A stretch of DNA of 64,000 nucleotides, taken from positions 23,431-87,430 of the forward strand of contig JBKBOT010000003.1 of the NCBI GenBank assembly GCA_046293555.1, read 5' to 3'. Of this stretch, positions 32,749 through 41,921 are shown in pieces; within the stretch, counting starts at the first letter, position 1; the number at the start of each line of letters is the position of its first letter. The translations under genes and the position numbers were made by a program. The DNA comes from Pyrobaculum sp. Its GTDB lineage: Archaea; Thermoproteota; Thermoprotei; Thermoproteales; Thermoproteaceae. The notes below the pieces were generated by a model. That model saw only the letters and a list, made by a program, of their open reading frames with translations. It was not told the origin of the DNA and searched no databases.

Positions 32749-32938
32749 TAAGCCCACCATCCTGGAAACAAGACGTCCCGGCCGCCGCACCTGGCGGCAC
32801 CCCCGACCTGAAGCCAACGGCGACGTTTTGGCGCATCTCATAAAACACGTCGATTAAGGATGGATTCACGACTCCCGGCATTGTTGACAACCGTTGGGCT
32901 AGCGGCTGGCTACAAGATGCCGATAGCAGGTAGGCTTA
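32749..32938. other. 190-nt self-complementary intergenic element (candidate ncRNA or MITE-like element)
   Basis: Terminal inverted repeat TAAGCCCACC/GGTAGGCTTA enclosing four further nested complementary blocks; see findings. Confidence 0.55.
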
Positions 32939-32967
32939 CGCCAATTTTTATACTAAGTCTTTCTTGT

Positions 32968-33843
32968 ATGGAACTTCTGGAGCATATCACGCGGGTGTTC
33001 TCCGTCTTTCTCTCCACGGCCTTAGGCCTCCTCCTTGCCAGATATCTTTACGACAGGTTGGAGGCGTTGACTAGGCCTCTCTCGAGACGTCTGGGGGTCC
33101 CGGCCCCCCTCCTGGCGCTCTCAATAGGCGAGGCCAGAGCCCCACATGTGGTCATGGCCCAGTGGCTACGCGGGGGGGCCGTGGCTTTCAGACATGTGTT
33201 AGTCTTCTCATTTCTCACCTGGCCCATAAGGGTGGTTCTCCTCCACCTCAGGCTGGGGATTATCCCCCTGGCGTTGGGGGCGTTGGGGCTGCTGGGCGCC
33301 ATCTACCTCTCTGTGGTGTATCTACCCTCTGTGGTAGGGCTACTGCTGGCCTTACACCTCGGGAGGGGGCTTGTCTGGCCTGTAGGCATAGACGCCGGGA
33401 GGCAGTTTGCCTCTATAAACATACTAAAAACTGCCGGCGGCCTCACGGCCAGATATGCGGCATTTGAGGCAATATTTGCGGCGATGGACCTCCTGGGTAT
33501 ACGCATAGATTTCAGCTTTCTGCCCCTCCGCCCCGAGGCCTTGGCGGTGGCCTCTGTGGCCTCGGTGAGGCCCAGCCTTGGCATCATGGCCGCGGCGCCT
33601 GCCTACTTTGGCGGGAGGATTTCTGCCGGCGAGGTCCTCCTGTCGCTTCTGCTTGGCAGACTTGTCTACATGTCGGTATTTGAGTTCCCCAGAAGCGCCG
33701 TGCAGTTCTACGGCTCCATATATCCGCCCTCTGTGGCCAGCCGGCTGGTTTTATACACGGCCTTGGTGATGTATGGCGCCACGTTGCCCATCTTGGCGGT
33801 GTTGTTTATCACGGCTGGTGCCGGTGGATTGCAAACCGCTTGA
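32968..33843 (+). CDS. Polytopic membrane protein, possibly Gate (nucleoside recognition) family
   Basis: Multiple hydrophobic helices and a TRPLSRRLGVP Gate-like segment; ATG 32968 after TTTTTATA. Confidence 0.7.
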   Translation: MELLEHITRVFSVFLSTALGLLLARYLYDRLEALTRPLSRRLGVPAPLLALSIGEARAPHVVMAQWLRGGAVAFRHVLVFSFLTWPIRVVLLHLRLGIIPLALGALGLLGAIYLSVVYLPSVVGLLLALHLGRGLVWPVGIDAGRQFASINILKTAGGLTARYAAFEAIFAAMDLLGIRIDFSFLPLRPEALAVASVASVRPSLGIMAAAPAYFGGRISAGEVLLSLLLGRLVYMSVFEFPRSAVQFYGSIYPPSVASRLVLYTALVMYGATLPILAVLFITAGAGGLQTA

Positions 33844-34078
33844 AGCATATGGGCTGTTTAGTCTGGCTGGAATATGCCGCCAGCTGCTCCACCGTGGCGG
33901 CGGGGACGTAGTGAACCCGCCTCCCGTCTAGACTCACGCCAAATATGGCTGTCTCGTGTTGATTTAACAGCCCCAACTCTCTGAGCCTGTCTACAATCCC
34001 GGTGGGGTGGGCCTCTCTCTCTATCTCCACCTCCACCTCGGCGCCGCGGTCCAGGTCGACAAGCTTTAGCCGCATCAT
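33809..34078 (-). CDS. Small uncharacterised protein coupled to nuoD
   Basis: ATGA overlap with the nuoD stop; 89 aa with a beta-beta-alpha-beta pattern. Confidence 0.78.
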   Translation of the reverse strand: MMRLKLVDLDRGAEVEVEIEREAHPTGIVDRLRELGLLNQHETAIFGVSLDGRRVHYVPAATVEQLAAYSSQTKQPICFKRFAIHRHQP

Positions 34079-35295
34079 CTGTCCGCCTCGGGGGGGAAGT
34101 ATCCAAAGGACATGTATACCGCCGGCATGTCGGCAAGCCTGTATCCCCTCATGGCTTCTACCATCGCCTTTAGGTTACGCCAGCTGGGGGTAACATACCT
34201 CATTCGATATAGCCGCTGTGCCCCCGTGGTGAAGAGGTGGACGTAGGTAAGGCCGCGTGAGGCCTCCACCACGGCTGAGTGCTCTCCAGGCTCTGGATAT
34301 ATGTAGGTATATACTCCCAACACCCCCGAGATCCCCTCCCTTCGGTATTCGGGGTTTTTAAACAAGAGCGCCTGATCTATGACGTCTCCCTCGGGCAGAG
34401 ACTTGAGGACTTGCCGCACGATGTCGATAGATAGGTAGATCTCCCGCCACCTCACCAACGCCCTGGCTAACGCGTCGCCTGCTTTCTCCACCACGGGGCT
34501 GAAGTCCAGCTCGCCATATGCGTCATATGGATGTATTTTCCTCACGTCGTACCCCACGCCGGAGGCTCTGGCGAAGGGGCCGACCACCCCCAGCTCAGCC
34601 GCCCTCTTTGCGTCTAATGCCCCCACGCCCTCTAGCCTAGCTCTCGTCACCGGGTTGTCTAGAAACAAGGTCTTAAAGTCTCTCAGCTTGTCCTCTGTTT
34701 TTGACAGAAGTCTCTCTATAAGGGCCACGTGCTCTCGTTTGATATCTCTCCTCACGCCTCCCGGCACGGGGTAGGAAATGGTGGTGCGGGCGCCCGTAAT
34801 TTTGGCGAAAACCTCGGCGAAGAGGTCTTGTATGGCGAATCCCCACATGAAGGCCGTGGAGTGGCCTAGAAATATCCCCAGTAGGGCTATGTCGTATAGA
34901 TGCGTCCTGATGCGAGAAAGCTCAGCTATCAACACCCTGAGGTATTTCGCCCGCGGCGGCGGCTCTAACGCCAGTGCCCTTTCTAGAGCCAACACGGCCG
35001 GATATGTGATGTTCATACTGTCCATAATGGAGGCTTTCTCCACAAGAGGTATGAGAGCCCAGTAGGGCCTATTTTCAGCCAGCTTCTCTACGCCCCTATG
35101 TACAAACCCAGGGTCGGGCACCACGTCGGCGATCAGATCGCCGTCTAGCACTAAAAACAGCCTCATGTGTCCAGAGCCTGGATGTTGTGGCCCCACAACG
35201 AGGACCATCCCCCGCCTCCCGCCTAACAGCTCCTCCTCTCTCTCTATGAAAAAAGTGTCGCCAAATTTTTGGGCAAAAGGCCACTCAGCTAACAT
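34075..35295 (-). CDS. nuoD: Complex I-like subunit D (NuoD)
   Basis: GPQHPGSGH, GFVHRGVEK, ELSRIRTH, EASRG, PPEADR; no Ni-binding CxxC motifs. Confidence 0.93.
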   Translation of the reverse strand: MLAEWPFAQKFGDTFFIEREEELLGGRRGMVLVVGPQHPGSGHMRLFLVLDGDLIADVVPDPGFVHRGVEKLAENRPYWALIPLVEKASIMDSMNITYPAVLALERALALEPPPRAKYLRVLIAELSRIRTHLYDIALLGIFLGHSTAFMWGFAIQDLFAEVFAKITGARTTISYPVPGGVRRDIKREHVALIERLLSKTEDKLRDFKTLFLDNPVTRARLEGVGALDAKRAAELGVVGPFARASGVGYDVRKIHPYDAYGELDFSPVVEKAGDALARALVRWREIYLSIDIVRQVLKSLPEGDVIDQALLFKNPEYRREGISGVLGVYTYIYPEPGEHSAVVEASRGLTYVHLFTTGAQRLYRMRYVTPSWRNLKAMVEAMRGYRLADMPAVYMSFGYFPPEADR

Positions 35296-35722
35296 AAACC
35301 TTCTCCTGTAGGTCTCTTACAGCTTTTAACAAGGCCTCTGGGGTGGGGGGACAGCCGGAGACATAGCCGTCTACCGGCACGACGTTGGCGGCGGGAACCA
35401 TGTGGTAACTACCGTAAAACACCCCGCCCTTGATGGCACATGCGCCCATGGCTATGACATACTTGGGGTGAGGCATCTGCTCGTATACATACTTTACAAA
35501 TTTTGCCATCTTGAGGGTTATAGTCCCCTCGATGACAATTATGTTGCTTTGCCTCAAGCTGCCCATAGGCAACATGCCAAATCTCTCGGCGTCGTAAGCC
35601 GAGCCGAAGGCGTGGCCGAACTCCACGCCGCAACATGCCGTAACTAGATGTGGAGGCCAGAGAGACCACTTTATACCCCACTTCCCCACCTTGTCTAACG
35701 TCTTTTTGATAAACACCTTCAT
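35285..35722 (-). CDS. nuoB: Complex I-like subunit B (NuoB)
   Basis: TACCGVE tandem Cys, MGACAIKGG, VSGCPPTPE. Confidence 0.94.
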   Translation of the reverse strand: MKVFIKKTLDKVGKWGIKWSLWPPHLVTACCGVEFGHAFGSAYDAERFGMLPMGSLRQSNIIVIEGTITLKMAKFVKYVYEQMPHPKYVIAMGACAIKGGVFYGSYHMVPAANVVPVDGYVSGCPPTPEALLKAVRDLQEKVYVS

Positions 35723-35812
35723 TGCCTCCTTGTCATCTCCTTTATAAAAGTCTTTTCCATATTTTATATAATTAGATTTTTCTCTCTAATTGTTTTTACT
35801 TTCGCCATTTGT

Positions 35813-36163
35813 CTAACTCCACCTCTTGACGTCAGAAATTACTGCCAGATATCTAGCCACATATATTGCAGACAGCGCCAACACGACGGCGAGAGTTAGC
35901 GCCAGCTCAGGCGTAACCCACTGATATATCAACGCCGCCACAATCAAAAGCCCCGCCACTGCCTCAAAGGCGGTGGCCATGTAGATATAGCCCACGTACT
36001 GGACTACCAGCCTTCGCTTTACCTCGCCATATGGGGGGTTGCCGGCTTCAAACCTCCTCTCCTTTACTTTGCCAGGCCTCCTGGGGGCCAACATATAGCC
36101 CACAACAACTAACAAGACCAGCGCCAAGGTTAGCAAGGCTACATAAAGGACGAAGGCAGTCAT
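35813..36163 (-). CDS. nuoA: Complex I-like subunit A (NuoA)
   Basis: Three TM helices, KERRFEAGN loop, FE motif. Confidence 0.88.
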   Translation of the reverse strand: MTAFVLYVALLTLALVLLVVVGYMLAPRRPGKVKERRFEAGNPPYGEVKRRLVVQYVGYIYMATAFEAVAGLLIVAALIYQWVTPELALTLAVVLALSAIYVARYLAVISDVKRWS

Positions 36164-37128
36164 GCCAAAAGCCTTAAGGCTATTGAGAGGAAGACTGAAG
36201 CTATGGCTAACGCCAGTAGTTTCGACCAGCCTATTTTCAAAGCCTGGTCTATCCTGTACCGGGGGTATATAGCTCTGAGGAGCAACAGGGGGAAGGCTAG
36301 CGCGGCCATCTTGACGGCTGTAGCCACGGCGCCGGGAAACACGTCTGAGAAGGGCTGCCAGCCGCCTAGAAACAGCACTGATCCCAATAAGACGCCTGCA
36401 TAGAGCTTTACATAAGTGCCGCCAAAAGACAGGATGAACAGAGTGGAGCCATATTCCGTATATGGCCCCAACACCACCTCCGGCTCTGCCTCAGGTATCT
36501 CATATGGAAATCTCGTGGTGGACATAATTAGCGAGATGTAAAAAGCGAAGAAGGCTAGTGGGTTTAACAAAAGGCCCCAGACAGACTGGGCCTCCACAGC
36601 CTTTATGGGGTCCGCAGTGCCGTATAGTACCAACATGGCTAGTAGCGATAACAACAGCGGGATCTCGTAGGCGGCTGAGAGCAAGATCTCCCTCACCGCG
36701 CCGATATAGGTGAACTTGTCTGCCTCAGCCCACGCCATGCCGACTAGAAAGACCGCCACCAGGAGCCATAAAACCACGGCGATAGCCAGGCCGTAGGGGT
36801 TGTGAAACACCACAAGCCCCGGCGCCGCCGCGATGAAGGCAACGGGGAGGGCTTCCGCCACGAAGAGAGCCACGGGGGTGGCGGCAAAAAGCAGCCGGTT
36901 TGTATGTCTAGGTAACACCAGCTGTGAGAAGAGAAGTTTTATCAAGTCTGCAATGGGCTGTAAAAAGCCGCCGATTTGTTTAGAGACGTAGAGTGGGCCA
37001 TATCTCCACTGTACTCTAGCCACAAGCTTTCTCTCAGCCCAAATAGCCACCACGAGAAATATAAAGATACCGCCAATCCCCGGAAATATCAACGCCGCGA
37101 TGATATCGCTAGGCAGCAGGTCGATCAT
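36160..37128 (-). CDS. nuoH: Complex I-like subunit H (NuoH)
   Basis: ERKLVARVQWRYGP, QPIADLIKL, YEIP, RFPYEIPEAEPE, YPRYRIDQ; ATGA overlap with nuoI puts the start at 37128. Confidence 0.94.
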   Translation of the reverse strand: MIDLLPSDIIAALIFPGIGGIFIFLVVAIWAERKLVARVQWRYGPLYVSKQIGGFLQPIADLIKLLFSQLVLPRHTNRLLFAATPVALFVAEALPVAFIAAAPGLVVFHNPYGLAIAVVLWLLVAVFLVGMAWAEADKFTYIGAVREILLSAAYEIPLLLSLLAMLVLYGTADPIKAVEAQSVWGLLLNPLAFFAFYISLIMSTTRFPYEIPEAEPEVVLGPYTEYGSTLFILSFGGTYVKLYAGVLLGSVLFLGGWQPFSDVFPGAVATAVKMAALAFPLLLLRAIYPRYRIDQALKIGWSKLLALAIASVFLSIALRLLA

Positions 37129-37523
37129 ACCAACGCCCTCCCGCCGGCCTCCATCTTGACCACATGTGGCTCCATCTCCCTCGGCGTCTTGTATGTAGAC
37201 AGATCGCCCCACGTGATCTCCACATGTGGCGTATGTCTCAACGAGCCTGTGGGGCAGGCGTCTACACAATAGCCGCAGAGTATACAACGGCCCCAGTCTA
37301 TGCCGGGGTAACGCTTTCCGTCTTGCTCAAGGTGGAACCTGATGGCCTTAGAGGGGCATACGGCCTCACAGAGCTGGCAGGAGACACATTTGGCCCTGTC
37401 GTTTACAATAAACCCTCTGACTGAAGGCCCGTAGTCACGTCTTTCTTCAGGCCACCGTATGGTCCACGGCCTCTCTGTCAAGTTCTTTAGGGCGACTACA
37501 AACAGCTTGAGGTGTATGATCAT
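37125..37523 (-). CDS. nuoI: Complex I-like subunit I (NuoI, 2x[4Fe-4S])
   Basis: TIRWPEE, CVSCQLCEAVCP and CILCGYCVDACP. Confidence 0.92.
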   Translation of the reverse strand: MIIHLKLFVVALKNLTERPWTIRWPEERRDYGPSVRGFIVNDRAKCVSCQLCEAVCPSKAIRFHLEQDGKRYPGIDWGRCILCGYCVDACPTGSLRHTPHVEITWGDLSTYKTPREMEPHVVKMEAGGRALV

Positions 37524-38599
37524 TGGGCGCCTCTGGGGGTGAGACAGGGGAGCGTGGGGTCTACCGGCCCGATCACCTCCCTGCCCATAATCCTGTTTAT
37601 CTCCTCCACATCTCTGTCGATGACGGCCTGTATGGTCTCCACCTCCTCTGGCTTCAAGTGTCTAAACCTGCCTTGAAGCTGTAGGAAACACCTTACCGGC
37701 TTCCGCTTGGGGATAGGCATGGTTACTCTAAACTCGCCGTGATCTATCTCGTAGTTAACCCAATGCCCCGTCTCAGTTGCTAGCTCCAACAGTCTTACGG
37801 CGTATTTTGGCTCAAACCTCCAGCCTGGGGTACAGGACTGTAGTATGTGTAGAAACGCCGGCCCCTCGGCGTCCATCGCCCTCTTGAACTTATAGACCAT
37901 GTCGTGTACATACGCCGGGTTTGCAGTGGCGACGTACGGAATGCCGTGGGCAGCCGCTATGGCCGCCATAGGCTTTTTGTGAGTTATGTTGCCAGGCACC
38001 TTTCGGCCAGCGGGAGCTGTAGTTGTAGAGGCGCCAAACGGCGTGGTGCCGCTACGCTGTATGCCGGTATTCATATAGCCCTCGTTGTCATACATTATGT
38101 AGATCACCCTATGCCCCCTCTCCAACATCCCGCTTAGAGCCTGGAAGCCGATGTCCGCAGTGCCGCCGTCGCCAGCAAAAACCACCACGTTGATCTTCCG
38201 GCTTGGATCTATCACGCCTCTTCTCTTTAACGCCTTTATGGCGGCCTCAATGCCGGAGGCCACAGAGCCGCCGTTGCCAAAAGCCACATGTATCCAAGGC
38301 ACGGCCCAGTTGGTACGGGGATATACTACCGTGGAGACCTCCGCACAGCCCGTGGCGTTAACCACCACGGTGTCTGGCCCAAATATTTTTAACATGTGTC
38401 TAGTAATTACGCCGATGGTACAGCCGGCACAAAGGCCGTGGCCGGGGAGGAAGAGCTCCTCCTGCGGCAGCTCGAAGTTGGCGTATTCATACAGCCCTGG
38501 GTACTCCTCGGCTATCTTTAAGCCTGGCAGCTGGACCTGGTGGCGCCTGATGTAAATCCTCTCCTTGACCTCCTTAAACCTGCCCTTAACCTCAGTCAT
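37520..38599 (-). CDS. porB: Pyruvate/2-oxoacid:ferredoxin oxidoreductase beta subunit
   Basis: GHGLCAGC, ATGC, TPP motif GDGGTADIG...DNEGYMNTGIQRS. Confidence 0.94.
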   Translation of the reverse strand: MTEVKGRFKEVKERIYIRRHQVQLPGLKIAEEYPGLYEYANFELPQEELFLPGHGLCAGCTIGVITRHMLKIFGPDTVVVNATGCAEVSTVVYPRTNWAVPWIHVAFGNGGSVASGIEAAIKALKRRGVIDPSRKINVVVFAGDGGTADIGFQALSGMLERGHRVIYIMYDNEGYMNTGIQRSGTTPFGASTTTAPAGRKVPGNITHKKPMAAIAAAHGIPYVATANPAYVHDMVYKFKRAMDAEGPAFLHILQSCTPGWRFEPKYAVRLLELATETGHWVNYEIDHGEFRVTMPIPKRKPVRCFLQLQGRFRHLKPEEVETIQAVIDRDVEEINRIMGREVIGPVDPTLPCLTPRGAQ

Positions 38600-39797
38600 A
38601 TCCCCCCCTCAGGCCCACTGTGTACGTCACGTCGGGTGCCCACAGGCCTTTATGTATCTTTAGGGCCATTTCGTACATCATGTCGCTATCTATTGCCCTC
38701 ATGCCGATAGTGGCCAACACGCTGTAGATCGGCTTGTGTAAAGTGGCGCCTAGCTCCACGGCCATGGGGCCTTGTAGGGGCCCGCCGTGGTTTATCGCCC
38801 TATCTATCACCACCACCTTGTCCACATTGGCCAGCAGCTTCCTCAAGAGCTCTCTGGGCCATGGCCTAATTACTCTCAGCCGTAACGCCCCCGCCTTTAT
38901 CCCCTCTTTCCTCAGTCTATCTACCACCTTTTTCGCCAGCCCGTGGATCGAGCCATATGTGACTATAGCCAACTCGGCGTCTTCCAGCATATATGGCGTA
39001 GCCAGGCCGTAGGCTCTCCCAAACCACTTGCTGTATTCAACATCTACCTCCTCGACGACTTTTATCGAGCCTCTCAAGGCCTCTACTGCCGGCCAGCGGA
39101 TTTCCCAATACCACTCCGGCGTGCCCACTGCGCCCAGTTGGGCGGGGTTGTCCACATCTAGTTTAACCCAGCTTCTAGTTATTGGGGCAAACCTCAACGC
39201 CTCCTCCTCGTCTACCGGGACGTCTAACGGCTGGAGGACGTGGCTAGTCCAAAAGCCGTCGTAAGCCACGACGACGGGGAGGTGGACTCTGGCGTCTTCA
39301 GCCACTCTATACGCTTGTATCACGGTGTCGAAAGCCTCCTGGGCGTTTTGTGTAATGTAGATAATCCACCCCAGCTCCCTCATAGACATCACGTCGCTGT
39401 AGTCCCCCCACACGTTTATAGGCGCGGAGTATGTGCGGACAGCCATCCCCATGACGATGGGGAGCCTTAACCCCACGGCTATGGGCAAGTTTTCGTACAT
39501 ATGGCCCAGCCCTTGTGACGACGTCTCTGTAAAAGTCCTAGCCCCCATGGCGGAGGCGCCTATAACTGCAGACATTGCCGAATGTTCGCTCTCCACCGGT
39601 ATAAACTCGGCGTCTAGCTCGCCGTTGTTTACATATTCCGCAAGTCTCTCCACTACTGGCGTCTGCGGCGTGATGGGATATGCCGCTATGACCTCCGGCC
39701 GCGCCATCTTTACCGCCAGAGCCACTGCGTGATTTCCAGTTAGGGCGATCCGCCTTTGTTCAACAGCCTTCTCTCTGGTTGCCAATATCTGCGTCAT
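38592..39797 (-). CDS. porA: Pyruvate/2-oxoacid:ferredoxin oxidoreductase alpha subunit
   Basis: AYPITPQT, VESEHSA, TSSQGL. Confidence 0.94.
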   Translation of the reverse strand: MTQILATREKAVEQRRIALTGNHAVALAVKMARPEVIAAYPITPQTPVVERLAEYVNNGELDAEFIPVESEHSAMSAVIGASAMGARTFTETSSQGLGHMYENLPIAVGLRLPIVMGMAVRTYSAPINVWGDYSDVMSMRELGWIIYITQNAQEAFDTVIQAYRVAEDARVHLPVVVAYDGFWTSHVLQPLDVPVDEEEALRFAPITRSWVKLDVDNPAQLGAVGTPEWYWEIRWPAVEALRGSIKVVEEVDVEYSKWFGRAYGLATPYMLEDAELAIVTYGSIHGLAKKVVDRLRKEGIKAGALRLRVIRPWPRELLRKLLANVDKVVVIDRAINHGGPLQGPMAVELGATLHKPIYSVLATIGMRAIDSDMMYEMALKIHKGLWAPDVTYTVGLRGGYD

Positions 39798-40735
39798 ATC
39801 TCTCTCACCATCTGTATTGCCCCCGTGGGGCAGACCTCCGCACAGATGCCACAGCCTTTACAAAAGGCGTAGTCAAAATCTATGGCCTTCATACGGAACT
39901 TCCTGCCGCGGGGCCCCTCCACCTCTCTCCAAGCCTCTATCACCGCGTCGTCTGGGCAATATAGCCAACACTTTCTACACATGATACACTTGGCGTGATC
40001 AATGACGGGCTTCTCTATACGCCAGCCGCCTGTATGGTAGTATAGACTACTTCCGGGAAATACAGCCCCCGCCTTGTTTACCTCAGCCCACCCCACGACC
40101 TCATAGGGCCCCGTCAGAAAGGCGGAGGTTGTGGAGATAACGCCCTTGGGTCTGGCCGTGGGGTCAACCCTGGCGGGCGGGATCACCGCCGCCGTCTCGT
40201 ACGCCTCCTTTGTGGCGGCGAAGTTCTCCTCCACCGCCTTGCCCAGCTGGTTTTCAAAAGCCTGCCTGATGGACTCCAGCTTGGGGAACCCCATCACCTT
40301 TGAGAAGGCCCCCGCCAGGGGGCCGTTGGGGACATCTAACTTCACGTGCCTCCTGGCGATATCTATGGCGTCTAGCACCACCAGATAGACGTCGTCTCTG
40401 CCAGCTATTTTTTTCACCTCCTCCGGGGGCTTCGCCGTGTTGAAAATTATATAGCCGCCGGGCTTCACGGCGTCTATCACAAACCTCATGGAGTCTACAA
40501 GCTTGTCGTCAAAAACTATAGCCACGTCGGGCATCTTGATGGGCTCTAGGTCCTCAATTGGGTCGCTGCTAATAGTCAGAAAGGCCTTTACCGGCGCGCC
40601 CCTGCGCTCAGCCCCAAACTCGGGGTTTGCGACGGCGTAATAGCCATCTATGATGGCCGCATTGGCTATAATGTAGGTAGCGGTGACAATGCCCTGTCCC
40701 CCCCTGCCCACCCAGACAGTTTCTATACGGCCCAT
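39794..40735 (-). CDS. 2-oxoacid:ferredoxin oxidoreductase fused gamma-delta subunit
   Basis: GRGGQG and FGAERRGAP (gamma) followed by TGGWR..KP, CIMCRKCWLYCP and CKGCGICAEVCP (delta). Confidence 0.93.
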   Translation of the reverse strand: MGRIETVWVGRGGQGIVTATYIIANAAIIDGYYAVANPEFGAERRGAPVKAFLTISSDPIEDLEPIKMPDVAIVFDDKLVDSMRFVIDAVKPGGYIIFNTAKPPEEVKKIAGRDDVYLVVLDAIDIARRHVKLDVPNGPLAGAFSKVMGFPKLESIRQAFENQLGKAVEENFAATKEAYETAAVIPPARVDPTARPKGVISTTSAFLTGPYEVVGWAEVNKAGAVFPGSSLYYHTGGWRIEKPVIDHAKCIMCRKCWLYCPDDAVIEAWREVEGPRGRKFRMKAIDFDYAFCKGCGICAEVCPTGAIQMVREI

Positions 40736-40823
40736 TATTACTTTTTGGATCTCTACATAAATATTTTCATATGGCTGATTTATGCTACAGATATTGCAAC
40801 TTCTATAAATTTCAAATTAATAA

Positions 40824-41921
40824 TCATGATAAATAGAGAAACCATAGTGGGGCCAACACGCCCACGGCGGCTAACGTGGTTGCCGTAACTTTGGGGAAGA
40901 GGGCGGTGCCATCCGGCAGGGACATCATGACCCTGAAGTAATACGGCGCAGTGAGCACTATGTTAGCCAAGACGTAAACCGCGGGGAGGGGTCCAAGCGA
41001 CGCCGCCGTGTAGGCCAGTAGGTATAGCTTAGGCCAAAACCCCAATATGGGAGGTATCCCCACCTGGTTTAATGCCAGCAATACTGCAGTCCAGCGAGAC
41101 GAGCCCCTATCTAGGTTGTAAAAAAGGGCCATTTTGCCCATCGCGTCTGCATATATCAGCCAAAACGCCACCCTGGGGTCTAGAGGGTAGGCGAAGAGGG
41201 CAAATCCTGCATGTGCCACGGTGGAGTAGGCCAAAACCTTTCTGAGATCTCTACTGGTCAACGCCCCCAAATTGCCGACAAGCATAGACAAGGCACCTAC
41301 TACATACAAGACGGCGGCGGGGGGCTGGGGGGCTATATACAACAGGGCGAAACCCGCCGCCAGTTTGGGCAGGCTGGCTAAAGCCACGAGGCCCGCCGGA
41401 GAGGACCTGGTGTATACATCCACAAGCCACATGAACACAGGCGCTGCCCCCAGCTCTACTGCCAGGGCGAGCGTTATGAAGAAATTGCCGAAGTCTATAT
41501 ATACGGGCCGTGTGGCAAGCCCAATCACCATAAGGGCGTTAGCCACAGTGGACATTATCAGATATCTAAACAGCCCCTCGAGAGAGCCCCTGTCGCCAAG
41601 GGTGGGTAGCAACACTGCCGGCGAGATTGTGGCTACTGCAAACCCTAGCGCCTTTAGGTATGCGGCGTCCTGGGCCATTAGATATACGCCAGTTATGGCT
41701 AAGACAGACGCCGTCCCGGCCTCCGGGACAAATCTGCCCCTACCCACCATGGCCACCCCCAGGAGGAAGGGTAGCGACAGTATTACAGAGATGGGGCTCT
41801 GGCCGTGGAGAATATAGGCAACTAGGGCTATGTAGACCACGTCTAACACAAAGAGGCGGGGGGCTGCCAGCTTTATTGCTAGATACCCCGCGAGGAAAAA
41901 GACTAGCTTGTCCATATCCAC
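40824..41921 (-). CDS. nuoN: Complex I-like antiporter subunit N (short NuoN)
   Basis: SLEGLFRY, APVFMWLVDVY, LASLPK, KVLAYSTVAHAG, GIPPILGFWPK. Confidence 0.87.
   Translation of the reverse strand: MDMDKLVFFLAGYLAIKLAAPRLFVLDVVYIALVAYILHGQSPISVILSLPFLLGVAMVGRGRFVPEAGTASVLAITGVYLMAQDAAYLKALGFAVATISPAVLLPTLGDRGSLEGLFRYLIMSTVANALMVIGLATRPVYIDFGNFFITLALAVELGAAPVFMWLVDVYTRSSPAGLVALASLPKLAAGFALLYIAPQPPAAVLYVVGALSMLVGNLGALTSRDLRKVLAYSTVAHAGFALFAYPLDPRVAFWLIYADAMGKMALFYNLDRGSSRWTAVLLALNQVGIPPILGFWPKLYLLAYTAASLGPLPAVYVLANIVLTAPYYFRVMMSLPDGTALFPKVTATTLAAVGVLAPLWFLYLS

Noticed and set aside
32761-32815. Hammerhead-like order GAAAC...GTC...CTGAAG
   Set aside because: The core reads CUGAAGC rather than CUGAnGA, and stem I cannot close.
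32749-32938. Shortened (type T) RNase P RNA or SRP RNA
   Set aside because: No P4 GAGGAA..CC / AACAGAA..GG consensus and no SRP helix-8 motif seen on either strand.
34075-35722. Group 4 [NiFe] hydrogenase
   Set aside because: The large subunit has no CxxC Ni ligands, and the small subunit has the tandem CC of NuoB.
37129-37287. N-terminal extension of nuoH in the ORF track
   Set aside because: It overlaps nuoI out of frame; ATGA coupling at 37125-37128 gives the real start.
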